Below are positions 42,027-51,572 of a stretch of DNA of 64,000 nucleotides, one piece after another (position 1 is the first letter of the stretch; each line of letters begins with the position of its first letter). Made by a program: the position numbers and the translations under genes. The DNA is from Candidatus Daviesbacteria bacterium. GTDB lineage: Bacteria > Patescibacteriota > Microgenomatia > Daviesbacterales > UBA10151. The notes beneath the pieces are model-generated. The model did no database searches. It was not told the DNA's origin and saw nothing but the letters and a program-made list of their open reading frames with translations. Location: the NCBI GenBank assembly GCA_016183305.1, contig JACPEW010000011.1:2020-66019 (forward strand). The letters run 5' to 3'.

Positions 42027-43177
42027 AAATATTACTTCTTTTTATTACAACACTAGTTATCTATTCAATCTCCGCTTTTGGTAATGATACTCCCTATAAT
42101 TACTTTATTTATTTAGCAGATGCATTTTTACATGGACAACTTTATGTCACAGAAAGCTTTCCTTGGTTAAATGAACTAATAAAATGGCAAGGTCACTTAT
42201 ATGTAGTTTATCCACCTATGCCAGCTATAATTTTGATGCCTTATGTATTTTTGTTAGGAAAAGGAGCTTCTCAAACTCTATCTTCTATTCTCTTAGGATC
42301 TGTTAATAGTGTTTTGGTTTATCTTTTGATTAAAAGATTAAATTATTCTGTAAAAACCGCTATTTTAGTTGCAATATCATTTGCTTTTGGTACAAACCAT
42401 TGGTATTTGTCCAGTGTTGGTTCAGCATGGTTTTTAGCTCATATTACTGCATTGTTTTTTTTGCTTCTTGCTTTGTTAGAAACCTTTGGAAAACAAAGAT
42501 TATTATTAATAGGAATATTGTTAGGGATGAGCTTTTGGGCAAGGACTACTGTAGTTTTTACTATATTCTTTTTTTATGTTTATTTTTTAAATAAGTTTTG
42601 GCCTTTAAACAGGAAAAATCTTTATAACTTTTCAGTTCTTAATTTAGGAATAATATTTTTTGTTTTACTAGACGCAACATATAATTTTTTAAGATTTGGA
42701 AATTTTAGTCCTCTTTCTCCTTATTCTTTAATCCCTGGAATAGCACAAGACCCAATTTTTCAACAAGGTTTCATGAATATAGCATATATCCAAAGACACA
42801 TAGAAGCTCTTTTTCTGAAATTACCGGTTTTTTCCTCCTCTCCTCCTTTTATAATTCCTTCTTTGCATAGCACTGCTATTTGGTTTACAAGTCCAGTGTT
42901 GTTGTATTCGTTAAGGGCAAAAAAATCTTTACTAATGTTAGCTTGTTGGGTAGCTATTATTGTAACGCAATCTGTAATTGCACTATGGGGAGGAGTAGGA
43001 TTTGCCCAATTTGGTTATAGGTTTGCTCAAGACTTTATGCCTTTTGTTCTAATTTTAGTAGCTTCTGGAATAGGACAAAAACCAACAAAATTAGCATATT
43101 TTTTGTTATGTATAAGCATATTAGTAAATTTATGGGGAATAGTGATGGTAAATATGTTTAATAGGTGGACTATCTAA
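42023..43177 (+). CDS. polytopic membrane protein, putative GT-C
   Basis: LADAFLHGQLY, YPPMPA, QFGYRF. Confidence 0.7.
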   Translation: MKILLLFITTLVIYSISAFGNDTPYNYFIYLADAFLHGQLYVTESFPWLNELIKWQGHLYVVYPPMPAIILMPYVFLLGKGASQTLSSILLGSVNSVLVYLLIKRLNYSVKTAILVAISFAFGTNHWYLSSVGSAWFLAHITALFFLLLALLETFGKQRLLLIGILLGMSFWARTTVVFTIFFFYVYFLNKFWPLNRKNLYNFSVLNLGIIFFVLLDATYNFLRFGNFSPLSPYSLIPGIAQDPIFQQGFMNIAYIQRHIEALFLKLPVFSSSPPFIIPSLHSTAIWFTSPVLLYSLRAKKSLLMLACWVAIIVTQSVIALWGGVGFAQFGYRFAQDFMPFVLILVASGIGQKPTKLAYFLLCISILVNLWGIVMVNMFNRWTI

Positions 43178-44922
43178 TGATATTGGCTTTATTTATATTT
43201 TTTATAGCATCTTTAATTTTCACTTCTCCGTTAGCCTTTAATATTGCAAATAGTATTCCCGGTACTGGTGCAGGTGATGGTTTTTTATATTTATGGAATG
43301 TATCTATTTTCTGGCAGGAGTTAATGTCAGGCAACAACCCCTTTTTTACTAAAATGGTTTTATATCCAGTAGGAGCTAATTTACTCTTTCATGATTATTC
43401 TCCTTTAACAAATTTTCTTTTAGGTGCTTTTAAAAATAATTTAGTTTTAGGTATGAATATATTGATTTTAATTGCTTTTACTCTAGCTGGTTTTTTTACT
43501 TTTGTATTAATTAAGGTTATTACCAACAATTATTTATTATCTGTGATTGCTGGTTTGTTTTATAGCTTTAGCCCTATTATGTTTTCATATCTGTTAACTG
43601 AACACTATTATTATCTCTTTGCCGCACCATATCTACCATTAAGTATCTTAACTGCTTTGAAATTCTGGCAGAAATGTGAAATTAAATATTTCCTTCAATT
43701 AATACTAATTTTTTGGCTTGTATTTTTTACATCTTATTATATGTCAATAGTTTATGCTGTAATGCTAGCAACTTTTTTCTTGACGAAGCTTCTATTGATT
43801 AAGTTTTTCAGGAACAAAACAACCTCTCTTCTAAGCGTTTTTAAGGTAATGTTGAGTCTGTTAGTTTATTTTATTATATTACCTATTTTAGTTATTTCCT
43901 TGTTTATTATTAATATAAAAGGGTCCAATGAATATATAGCTCCAGCCGGCTTTGCTGCTAATACCTGCAATGCTGATTTGGCAGGCTATATAATTCCCAA
44001 CCAGGCTGTTCCTCATTTGAGTAGCTTATCTATCAGTCTGTCTGAGATTTTTGGTTATCGGTCAGGAGGGGATACACCGTCTTATTACATAGGACCATTG
44101 TATTTGGTTTTAGCTATGATAGCTTTAGTAAAATATAGGGATAACAGCAATTCAGTAGCTATAAGTATTGTTGGAATAATAATTCTTCTACTTGCCTCAG
44201 GTACTAAGATCCAAGTAGGTAGAAATATTCTATTGGAAGAGATATATACCCCTTTCTATTGGTTTTCTAAATTGCCTTTTATGGGTTTTATAGGTTGTCC
44301 AGTGCGTTTTCCAATAGTTGTTTCATTAGTAGTAATAATTTTGAGCTTTTTTCTTATTAATGATTTTGTCAGAAAATATAAAATACCTAATATAATTATT
44401 TTTTTGCTACTTTGCGGTTTATTTCTTCTTGAGTATGGAATACCAAAAATTCAGCTAACCGCTATTAGCACACCTCAAGTTTATCAAGATATAGCTCGGT
44501 TTTCTGACAAGCTGTCGGTTCTAGAATTACCCTCTGGTCTCACAGAAACTTATGGATATTTTGGTTACGATTATTCCATATTAGGGTTACATGCGATGCA
44601 GATGTATTGGCAAACTATCTATAAAAAGCCTCGGATAGGAGGATTTATTTCAAGAATGCCACAGGGTACTTACAGTTTTTTTAGAGAAGAGCCAGTTATC
44701 TCTGATTTATTTAAAATGACAAACTATAACAATCAGCTAACTAACATTAGGTATAGTAAGCCTGAGGTAGAGAGGTTTATTAAACAGTTTCATCTTGGAT
44801 ATATAATTTTTTCTCCAAACAAAAAGCAACAGGAATATTTACAGGTAACAGAAAATTTATTAGGAGATATACCTTATCAGAAAATGTACAAGGAAGGATT
44901 TATTTTACTCCGTTTTTATTAA
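43165..44922 (+). CDS. polytopic membrane protein, putative GT-C (YfhO-like)
   Basis: GDG..YLWN, YPVG, PVRF, VLELP, MYWQT...GGFISR. Confidence 0.7.
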   Translation: MDYLMILALFIFFIASLIFTSPLAFNIANSIPGTGAGDGFLYLWNVSIFWQELMSGNNPFFTKMVLYPVGANLLFHDYSPLTNFLLGAFKNNLVLGMNILILIAFTLAGFFTFVLIKVITNNYLLSVIAGLFYSFSPIMFSYLLTEHYYYLFAAPYLPLSILTALKFWQKCEIKYFLQLILIFWLVFFTSYYMSIVYAVMLATFFLTKLLLIKFFRNKTTSLLSVFKVMLSLLVYFIILPILVISLFIINIKGSNEYIAPAGFAANTCNADLAGYIIPNQAVPHLSSLSISLSEIFGYRSGGDTPSYYIGPLYLVLAMIALVKYRDNSNSVAISIVGIIILLLASGTKIQVGRNILLEEIYTPFYWFSKLPFMGFIGCPVRFPIVVSLVVIILSFFLINDFVRKYKIPNIIIFLLLCGLFLLEYGIPKIQLTAISTPQVYQDIARFSDKLSVLELPSGLTETYGYFGYDYSILGLHAMQMYWQTIYKKPRIGGFISRMPQGTYSFFREEPVISDLFKMTNYNNQLTNIRYSKPEVERFIKQFHLGYIIFSPNKKQQEYLQVTENLLGDIPYQKMYKEGFILLRFY

Positions 44923-44924
44923 GG

Positions 44925-45938
44925 ATGAATAAGATATTAGTTATTTTAGGTCCGACTTCAACAGGTAAAACTGATTTAGCTCTTAAATTGGCTCAAAAAC
45001 TGGGAGGAGAGCTGGTATCAGTTGATTCAAGGCAGGTTTATAAGAATTTAGATATTGGGACTGGTAAATTACCAGTTCAATTGAAAATTGAGAATTGTAA
45101 ATTGAAAATTAAAAAGGGTGATGGATGGTGGAAAATTAATGGAGGAAAAATATGGATGTACGATGTAGTTGAAGCAAAAAAGCAGTACACAGTTTTTAAT
45201 TATGTTAAAGATGCTTCTAAGCTCATAGATGATATTTTACAAAGAGGAAAGTTGCCAATTTTAGCAGGAGGGACTGGATTTTATCTTAAAGCTTTGTTGG
45301 AGGGTTTGCCTAATTTGGCAGTTCCTCAAGATCTAAAACTAAGGGAAAAATTAGAAAAATTATCTTTAGAGCAGTTGCAAAAAAGACTTCAAGAATTATC
45401 TCTGAAAAAATGGGAAAGCATGAATCATTCCGATAGACAAAATTCAAGAAGGTTGGTTAGGGCTATAGAGTTAGTAATTTTGTCATTGCGAGGAGTGAAA
45501 CGACGAAGCAATCTTCCCATTCCGTTGAAGATCGCCACGCTAATCGCCCGCGATGACAATGTACTTAAGATTGGGCTGACTGCACCTAGGGAAATCCTAT
45601 ATCAAAGGATAGATGAAAGGGTGATTAGCAGAATAAATCAAGGGATGATTGAAGAGGCAGATAAATTACATAAAGAAGGTTTAAGTTTTGAGAGAATGAA
45701 ACAATTAGGTCTAGAGTATGGAGTTCTAGCAGATTACCTTATGGGTCAAATTGCTAGTAAAGACCAACTGATAAAAATTCTCCAGGATAAAATCCATGGT
45801 TTTGCCCGCAGGCAAATTACCTGGTTTAAGAAAGAAAAAGAGATGAAGTGGTTTGATATTGCCGGTTCACATTATCTTCACAAAGTAGAAGAATTAGTAA
45901 GCGAATGGTATGATAGTGGGTATGACACGGAAGATTGA
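44925..45938 (+). CDS. miaA: tRNA dimethylallyltransferase
   Basis: GPTSTGKT, DSRQVYK.LDIGTGK, GGTGFY, FARRQITWF. Confidence 0.97.
   Translation: MNKILVILGPTSTGKTDLALKLAQKLGGELVSVDSRQVYKNLDIGTGKLPVQLKIENCKLKIKKGDGWWKINGGKIWMYDVVEAKKQYTVFNYVKDASKLIDDILQRGKLPILAGGTGFYLKALLEGLPNLAVPQDLKLREKLEKLSLEQLQKRLQELSLKKWESMNHSDRQNSRRLVRAIELVILSLRGVKRRSNLPIPLKIATLIARDDNVLKIGLTAPREILYQRIDERVISRINQGMIEEADKLHKEGLSFERMKQLGLEYGVLADYLMGQIASKDQLIKILQDKIHGFARRQITWFKKEKEMKWFDIAGSHYLHKVEELVSEWYDSGYDTED
45481..45558. repeat. 78-bp palindromic element inserted in frame in miaA
   Basis: TGTCATTGCGAG...GCAATCTTCC...GCTAATC...ATGACA; sister copy at 62218-62294. Confidence 0.85.
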
Positions 45939-46890
45939 TATTTCTCATAGAACAGTTATTTTTATTGCAGTTTTTATACTGGGCATCTGGTTGATTTATT
46001 TAATATTAGACCTTTTAATAATTTTATTCGTGGCGTTAATCCTGATGTCTGCGCTTTTTCCTATAGTTAATTTTTTGCATAGGTTTAGAGTTCCTAAATC
46101 TCTGGGAATTGCTCTTACCTATACTATCGTAATAGCTATTGTCTCAACGCTCTTGGCCATTGTGGTACCTCCTCTAGTAGAAGAAACCAGAAGGCTTGTC
46201 TTAACGGTTCCTCCTCACTTGGATTCTTTGCTGGAAATTACAACAATTGATAAATCAGTTCTGCAATCACAGCTCTCTGATTTATCAAAAAACATTTTCT
46301 CAATTACTTTATCAGTATTCGATAACCTGTTAACAATAATTTTCTTATTGGTAGTAACGTTTTATCTTATGCTGGAAAGGGAGAATGTGGAGAGTAAATT
46401 TGCCTCTCTTTTTATTGGCAGAGAGGAACGGGTTAAAAAGTTAATAGTACAGATAGAAGAGAAATTAGGAAACTGGTTAAGAGGACAATTGTTACTTAGT
46501 TTAGTAATAGGAAGTTTAACCTACATAGGACTACTTATTTTAGGAGTTCCTTATGCTTTGCCTTTGGCAGTGGTGGCAGGTATTTTGGAAGTTGTGCCGG
46601 TGATTGGACCAATTATTTCAGCAATTCCTGCTGTTTTAATAACCTTAACTATTTCTCCTGTTTTAAGTTTAGGAGTGACTGCAATGTATTTTATTATCCA
46701 GCAACTGGAAAATAATCTGATTGTGCCTCAGGTAATGAAACGGGCAGTGGGCTTGAATCCTTTAGCAGTAATTTTAGCTATAGCTATAGGGTCTAGATTA
46801 TTAGGCATAGTAGGTGCTCTATTAGCTGTTCCCTTAACAGTAGTTCTTCAAATTATAGTAACAGAAATTCTTGAAGAGAATAAGTTTTAA
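45922..46890 (+). CDS. AI-2E family transporter
   Basis: WLRGQL, PVIGP, QQLENNLIVPQVM..VGLNP, GALLAVP. Confidence 0.95.
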   Translation: MTRKIDISHRTVIFIAVFILGIWLIYLILDLLIILFVALILMSALFPIVNFLHRFRVPKSLGIALTYTIVIAIVSTLLAIVVPPLVEETRRLVLTVPPHLDSLLEITTIDKSVLQSQLSDLSKNIFSITLSVFDNLLTIIFLLVVTFYLMLERENVESKFASLFIGREERVKKLIVQIEEKLGNWLRGQLLLSLVIGSLTYIGLLILGVPYALPLAVVAGILEVVPVIGPIISAIPAVLITLTISPVLSLGVTAMYFIIQQLENNLIVPQVMKRAVGLNPLAVILAIAIGSRLLGIVGALLAVPLTVVLQIIVTEILEENKF

Positions 46891-46904
46891 TTGTATAATA
46901 TACC

Positions 46905-47106
46905 TGCTTAGGAAGAAGGATGATTGACCTGTACTATTACGGTATGGGTAGGAAAGTCCAGACAGCGCAAAGCAGGATGTCCGACGTGGCAATCCTCTCC
47001 GCTGCAATCCTAGAACCAACAGAGTGACTTGCTCAATTGTTGAAATAAGGAGCATTAGATAAATAATCGTCTAAAAACAGAATCTGGCTTACTATCTTCC
47101 TAGGCA
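46905..47106 (+). ncRNA. rnpB: RNase P RNA, minimal (~202 nt)
   Basis: GGAAAGTCCAGA pairs with ACAGAATCTGGCTTA (P4); P1 TGCTTAGGAAGA/TCTTCCTAGGCA; TATAAT just upstream. Confidence 0.88.
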
Positions 47107-47137
47107 CTTTTTTACCCCCCCATAGTATACTCAATAT

Positions 47138-48670
47138 ATGCTTGCAAAAATCATCTCTGCCGCAAATATCGGCCTTGATGCAAAAATAATTACTTGTGAG
47201 GTAGATATTTCTGCCCAAGGTTTACCTAGCTTTACCATAGTTGGGTTGGGAGATAGAGCTATTGAAGAAAGTAAAGAAAGAGTGCGGACTGCATTTAGAA
47301 ATTCCGGCGCTAATTTCCCTTTACATAGGATTACTGTAAATCTTGCGCCTGCTGATATTCCCAAAGAAGGACCAAGTTTTGATTTACCGATTGCCTTAGG
47401 TTTACTTTTAGCCTCTGGGCAAATTACCAATAACCCGTCAATATTAAACCTCACAGATGCTTTGGTAGTGGGAGAACTTTCTTTAGATGGAACTTTAAGA
47501 AGGGTTAACGGGATATTGCCTTTGGCAATTTTGGCCCGGGAACAAGGAATAAAAAAGATTATCGTGCCAAAGGAAAATGGTCCTGAGGCAGCAGTAATAG
47601 AAGGCTCAGAAGTATTTGCTGTAAATTCATTCCAACAATTAATAAAGCTATTGTTGGGGCAAGAAGAGCTAAATCCAATTCAAAAGCCAGAATTTACTTT
47701 AGATGAAGAAACTGTAAACTCAGAGTATGATTTTTCTCAGATCAGAGGACAAGAACAAGCTAAAAGAGCTTTAGAAATATCAGCCGCAGGTTCACATAAC
47801 ATCCTACTAAAAGGTTCTCCCGGAGCAGGTAAAACAATGCTTGCCAGAAGCTTTTCTTCAATTCTGCCGCCACTGACTTTTGAAGAAGCAATTGAAGTAA
47901 CAAAAATATATTCAATCGCCGGGTTATTAGATACTGATAAATCACTGATTGTTAGCCGTCCATTCCGTTCTCCTCACCACAGTGCTTCTTATGTAGGATT
48001 GCTTGGTGGTGGAAATAATATTAGGCCTGGTGAAATCTCGCTGGCTCACAGAGGAGTTTTATTCTTGGATGAGGTAGCAGAATTTCCCCGCCAAAGTTTA
48101 GAAAGTTTAAGGCAACCCTTAGAAGACCGCAAAATTACAATTTCCCGTTCGTCAGGCTCAATAAGCTTGCCAGCGCAATTTATTTTATTGGCAGCTCAAA
48201 ACCCCTGTCCTTGTGGTTTTCTTGGTGATAAGAAAAGAAATTGCAGTTGTATGCCAGGACAAATTGCCAAATATAAACGAAGAATTTCAGGTCCTTTTTT
48301 AGATAGAATAGATATTTATTTGGAAGTCCCTGCTGTGGAGGTTGATAAGTTATCTTCAGACTTAAAAGTAGAAAGTTCTGCTGATATTAGAAAAAGAATT
48401 ATTAAGGCAAGAAAGATTCAATTGCAAAGGTTTAAGGGAAAGATTTTTACTAATTCGGAAATGAGTAGTAGTGATATTAAAGAATACTGTGTACTTATGC
48501 AAGATGGTTTAGAACTATTAAAGATGGCAGTCTCATCCCTTAACCTGTCAGCTAGAGGTTATCACCGGGTGCTAAAACTTTCCAGGACTATTGCTGATTT
48601 GGCAGCATCAGAAAATATTCAGGCAGAACATATTGCAGAAGCTTTACAGTATAGAACAAGGGAAGAATAG
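47138..48670 (+). CDS. comM: YifB/ComM Mg-chelatase-like AAA ATPase
   Basis: ITVNLAPAD, GSPGAGKTM, PFRSPHH, LAHRGVLFLDE, NPCPCG. Confidence 0.95.
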   Translation: MLAKIISAANIGLDAKIITCEVDISAQGLPSFTIVGLGDRAIEESKERVRTAFRNSGANFPLHRITVNLAPADIPKEGPSFDLPIALGLLLASGQITNNPSILNLTDALVVGELSLDGTLRRVNGILPLAILAREQGIKKIIVPKENGPEAAVIEGSEVFAVNSFQQLIKLLLGQEELNPIQKPEFTLDEETVNSEYDFSQIRGQEQAKRALEISAAGSHNILLKGSPGAGKTMLARSFSSILPPLTFEEAIEVTKIYSIAGLLDTDKSLIVSRPFRSPHHSASYVGLLGGGNNIRPGEISLAHRGVLFLDEVAEFPRQSLESLRQPLEDRKITISRSSGSISLPAQFILLAAQNPCPCGFLGDKKRNCSCMPGQIAKYKRRISGPFLDRIDIYLEVPAVEVDKLSSDLKVESSADIRKRIIKARKIQLQRFKGKIFTNSEMSSSDIKEYCVLMQDGLELLKMAVSSLNLSARGYHRVLKLSRTIADLAASENIQAEHIAEALQYRTREE

Positions 48671-48774
48671 ACAGTTTGCCACGGAAACCCCGCTTCATCC
48701 TGCACCATCTGGTGCAGGACTACGGGGGATCTTCCGGAATGATGAATCCACAGTTAGACCGGGAACATCAATTT

Positions 48775-48912
48775 TTAACCGCCGATTTTGAACATAGAGG
48801 TACCACAGACTGGGCAAGTTCCTTTTGAAGCCTTTTTACCATTTTTCATAGTTACCTCTTGTACATTTTCTGCGTCTCTTTTTGTTCGACATTTAACACA
48901 GTACATTTGCAT
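48775..48912 (-). CDS. small zinc-ribbon protein (DUF5679-like; not in ORF track)
   Basis: MQMYCVKCRTKRDAENVQEVTMKNGKKASKGTCPVCGTSMFKIGG*; GGAGGTG RBS. Confidence 0.85.
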   Translation of the reverse strand: MQMYCVKCRTKRDAENVQEVTMKNGKKASKGTCPVCGTSMFKIGG

Positions 48913-48932
48913 AAATTAGTGTCACCTCCTTC

Positions 48933-49181
48933 CTAAAAGAAATTTAGATTCAAAATATGGTTTTGCGAAAGTACGAATAATACAAGCTGAGCGCCTATAG
49001 CCAGTGATGATAATATTAATATCTTGAGTAAATCTTGATAAAAATAGGCTAAATCAGTTGTTTCGTTTGTTTGACGAGAAGATGAATAACTGATTTGTTG
49101 ATCCTTGCCGTAAACCTGGCGGCGGATTATTTGCAAGCGTTTTTCTAAATCTGTAACCATACGCTCAATTGAGCCTAGCAT
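48933..49181 (-). CDS. hypothetical membrane protein
   Basis: C-terminal TM helix; start may be MVTDLEKR. Confidence 0.65.
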   Translation of the reverse strand: MLGSIERMVTDLEKRLQIIRRQVYGKDQQISYSSSRQTNETTDLAYFYQDLLKILILSSLAIGAQLVLFVLSQNHILNLNFF

Positions 49182-49253
49182 GAAGCAGTAAGCGTGTCAA
49201 GCAGCAATAGTTGACAAGACTTATCTTTATCAAGTATATTGAAAGAGTAACTT

Positions 49254-49724
49254 ATGTATCCGGATTGGTCCGTCATTGCAATGCTGGCATTGGCGGCAGT
49301 TTTTATTTGGCTGGGAGTCCTGACTTTTTTATTGTGGCAGCAAGATAAGTTTCTAAAATCACTTTTTCCAAGATCTGGAAGCCGTGATATCAGAAAAAAA
49401 TTTGAAGAAATTACAAATAAAGTTGAGGGTTTTTCGGATAAAGTTATTGATTTAGATGACAGGGTAGGAAAAGTCAGGAGCCAAGGATTAACTCATATTC
49501 AAAAGGTGGAACTTTTGCGTTTTAACCCTTATGATGATACAGGAGGAGATCAGAGTTTTGTAGTTTGTTTGTTAGACGATCAGGGAACAGGTGTTGTGAT
49601 AACAAGTTTGCATGCCAGGTCTGGAACTAGATTATTCGGCAAAGAGATAATTTCTGGGAAGAGCGCTAAACATCAATTGTCAAAAGAAGAAGAATTGGTG
49701 ATAAAAAAAGCGGTGGAGAGATAA
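49254..49724 (+). CDS. DUF4446 family protein
   Basis: N-terminal TM; RFNPYDDTGGDQSF..LLD. Confidence 0.85.
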   Translation: MYPDWSVIAMLALAAVFIWLGVLTFLLWQQDKFLKSLFPRSGSRDIRKKFEEITNKVEGFSDKVIDLDDRVGKVRSQGLTHIQKVELLRFNPYDDTGGDQSFVVCLLDDQGTGVVITSLHARSGTRLFGKEIISGKSAKHQLSKEEELVIKKAVER

Positions 49725-49739
49725 AAATTAATAATTACT

Positions 49740-50915
49740 ATGAATAAAATAACAGATTTATTTCAAAGCTTAACTAATTTACAAAAGATGTTGGTGCTGA
49801 TTATACTAGGAGTAGTATTATATGGAGCTTCAGCAAGCCTTTCTTATTCTTTATTTAGCCAAAATGCTGTAGGTCCTTCTGGCAGTTTAACCACATCACT
49901 TCCAACTCCATCAAATGCTTTTGATGAAGACCCAAATGAGCCCAAAACGGAAAGTTGTCCGCTAAACGGCACAATGAAAACCAAGAAAGCTAAAGACTTT
50001 TGGAGCAAGAGAAGACCGCTGGCTGTAATGGTTGAAAATCATACAGAATCAAGACCTCAATCAGGTTTATCTTCAGCGGATATCATATATGAAGCAGTAG
50101 CGGAAGGAGGGATTACCCGGTTTATGGCCCTCTATTATTGTAATCTTTCAGATGTTCAAGTTGGTCCTGTTAGGTCTGCCAGAACCTATTACTTGGATTG
50201 GCTGGGAGAGTATGACGCTCTATATGCTCATGTAGGAGGAGCAAATACGCCTGGTCCAGCTGATGCTCTATCGCAGATTATAAAATATGGTGTTAAAGAC
50301 CTAAACCAATTTAGTATAGGTTTTCCAGTCTTTTGGAGGGATTATCAAAGGTTAGGGCGGTCTGTTGCTACAGAACATACAATGTATTCAACAACTGCAA
50401 AACTTTGGGAGATTGGAGCAAAAAGAGGTTGGACTGCAACAGATTCTGCCGGGATAAAATGGGATAGTAAATTTACTCCTTGGAAATTTAAAGAAGAAAA
50501 AGGCGGAGGTTCAACAACTAAGCTAGTAGTGAATTTCTGGCAATCACAACCAGGCTATGAGGTTAACTGGACTTATGATTCTGCTTCTAATACTTACCAA
50601 AGAAAAAATGGTGGTTCTAACTATATTGATTTAAATAATAAAGCTCAACTAACTGCCAAGAATATTGTTATCCAATTCCAGCGTGAATCAAATGCCAATG
50701 ATGGTTATCCGGGCAATGTTCATCTTTTGTATGGGACTACCGGAAGCGGTAAAGCGCTTATTTTCCAGGATGGAAATGTGATAGAAGGTAAATGGATTAA
50801 GGTCTCCAGGACTGCAAGAAGCAAATATGTAAACGCTAGTGGAAAGGAAATAGAATTTAACAGGGGCCAAATTTGGATTCAAACTGTCCCGGAAGGATCT
50901 AAAGTAAGCTACTAG
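49740..50915 (+). CDS. DUF3048 (YerB-like) protein
   Basis: RPLAVMVEN, RPQSGL..ADIIYE..AEGGITRF, GPVRSAR. Confidence 0.92.
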   Translation: MNKITDLFQSLTNLQKMLVLIILGVVLYGASASLSYSLFSQNAVGPSGSLTTSLPTPSNAFDEDPNEPKTESCPLNGTMKTKKAKDFWSKRRPLAVMVENHTESRPQSGLSSADIIYEAVAEGGITRFMALYYCNLSDVQVGPVRSARTYYLDWLGEYDALYAHVGGANTPGPADALSQIIKYGVKDLNQFSIGFPVFWRDYQRLGRSVATEHTMYSTTAKLWEIGAKRGWTATDSAGIKWDSKFTPWKFKEEKGGGSTTKLVVNFWQSQPGYEVNWTYDSASNTYQRKNGGSNYIDLNNKAQLTAKNIVIQFQRESNANDGYPGNVHLLYGTTGSGKALIFQDGNVIEGKWIKVSRTARSKYVNASGKEIEFNRGQIWIQTVPEGSKVSY

Positions 50916-50981
50916 AGGCAGAATCTAGTTGAAACCCACTGCTCAGAAAGGTGGTGAACAGAAGACTGTTCAAAAAATATT

Positions 50982-51572
50982 ATGCTTGAGGAACTTTTTG
51001 TCTCAAGAGTCCGGGTAAAAATATTACAACTTTTTTTGTCTTCGCCTCAGGAATCGCTTTTCCATGTCCGTGAAATAGTCCGGAGGGTTGCTGAAGAAAT
51101 TAATGCGGTAAGAAGAGAACTTTCCAGAATGGAAAAATATGGGATGGTTTCATCAGAGTGGCGGGCTAACAGAAGACTATATAGATTCAGAAAAGACTAT
51201 GTCTATTATAATGAGCTGGTATCGCTGGTTGCAAAAACAACAGGTTTAGGGGGAAGTTTAATAAAAAGCAAACAAAAACTCGGTAAGATAAAATTTGCCT
51301 TTATCTCAACAAGGTTTTTAAGAGGAAACTTGCCATCTAGCGATAATGTTGATATTTTAGTGGTAGGAAATATTGTCTTGCCAGAGTTACAGTCTCTTAT
51401 TTCAGATGAACAAGCTAAGCAAGATGCAGAGATTAATTATTCTTTTATGGATGAAGCAGAGTTTAAATTTAGGGTAAAAAGAAGAGATCCGTTTATCTTA
51501 AGAGTATTGGTTCAGCCTAAGGTGATGTTAATAGGAGACGAAGGAGAACTCTTAGAGGGGGTTATAGTTTAG
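50982..51572 (+). CDS. winged-helix regulator with degenerate nucleotidyltransferase-like domain
   Basis: LF.SRVRVKIL, HVREIVR...INAVRREL, VDILVVG. Confidence 0.75.
   Translation: MLEELFVSRVRVKILQLFLSSPQESLFHVREIVRRVAEEINAVRRELSRMEKYGMVSSEWRANRRLYRFRKDYVYYNELVSLVAKTTGLGGSLIKSKQKLGKIKFAFISTRFLRGNLPSSDNVDILVVGNIVLPELQSLISDEQAKQDAEINYSFMDEAEFKFRVKRRDPFILRVLVQPKVMLIGDEGELLEGVIV

Noticed and set aside
46982..46995. CGACGTGGCAATC inside rnpB as a third palindromic-element copy
   Set aside because: Only ~13 nt match and no terminal TGTCAT/ATGACA; may be chance.
48686..48740. Hairpin TCCTGCACCA-TC-TGGTGCAGGA after comM as an ncRNA
   Set aside because: Single copy in the window between convergent genes; a terminator or REP-like element is sufficient explanation.
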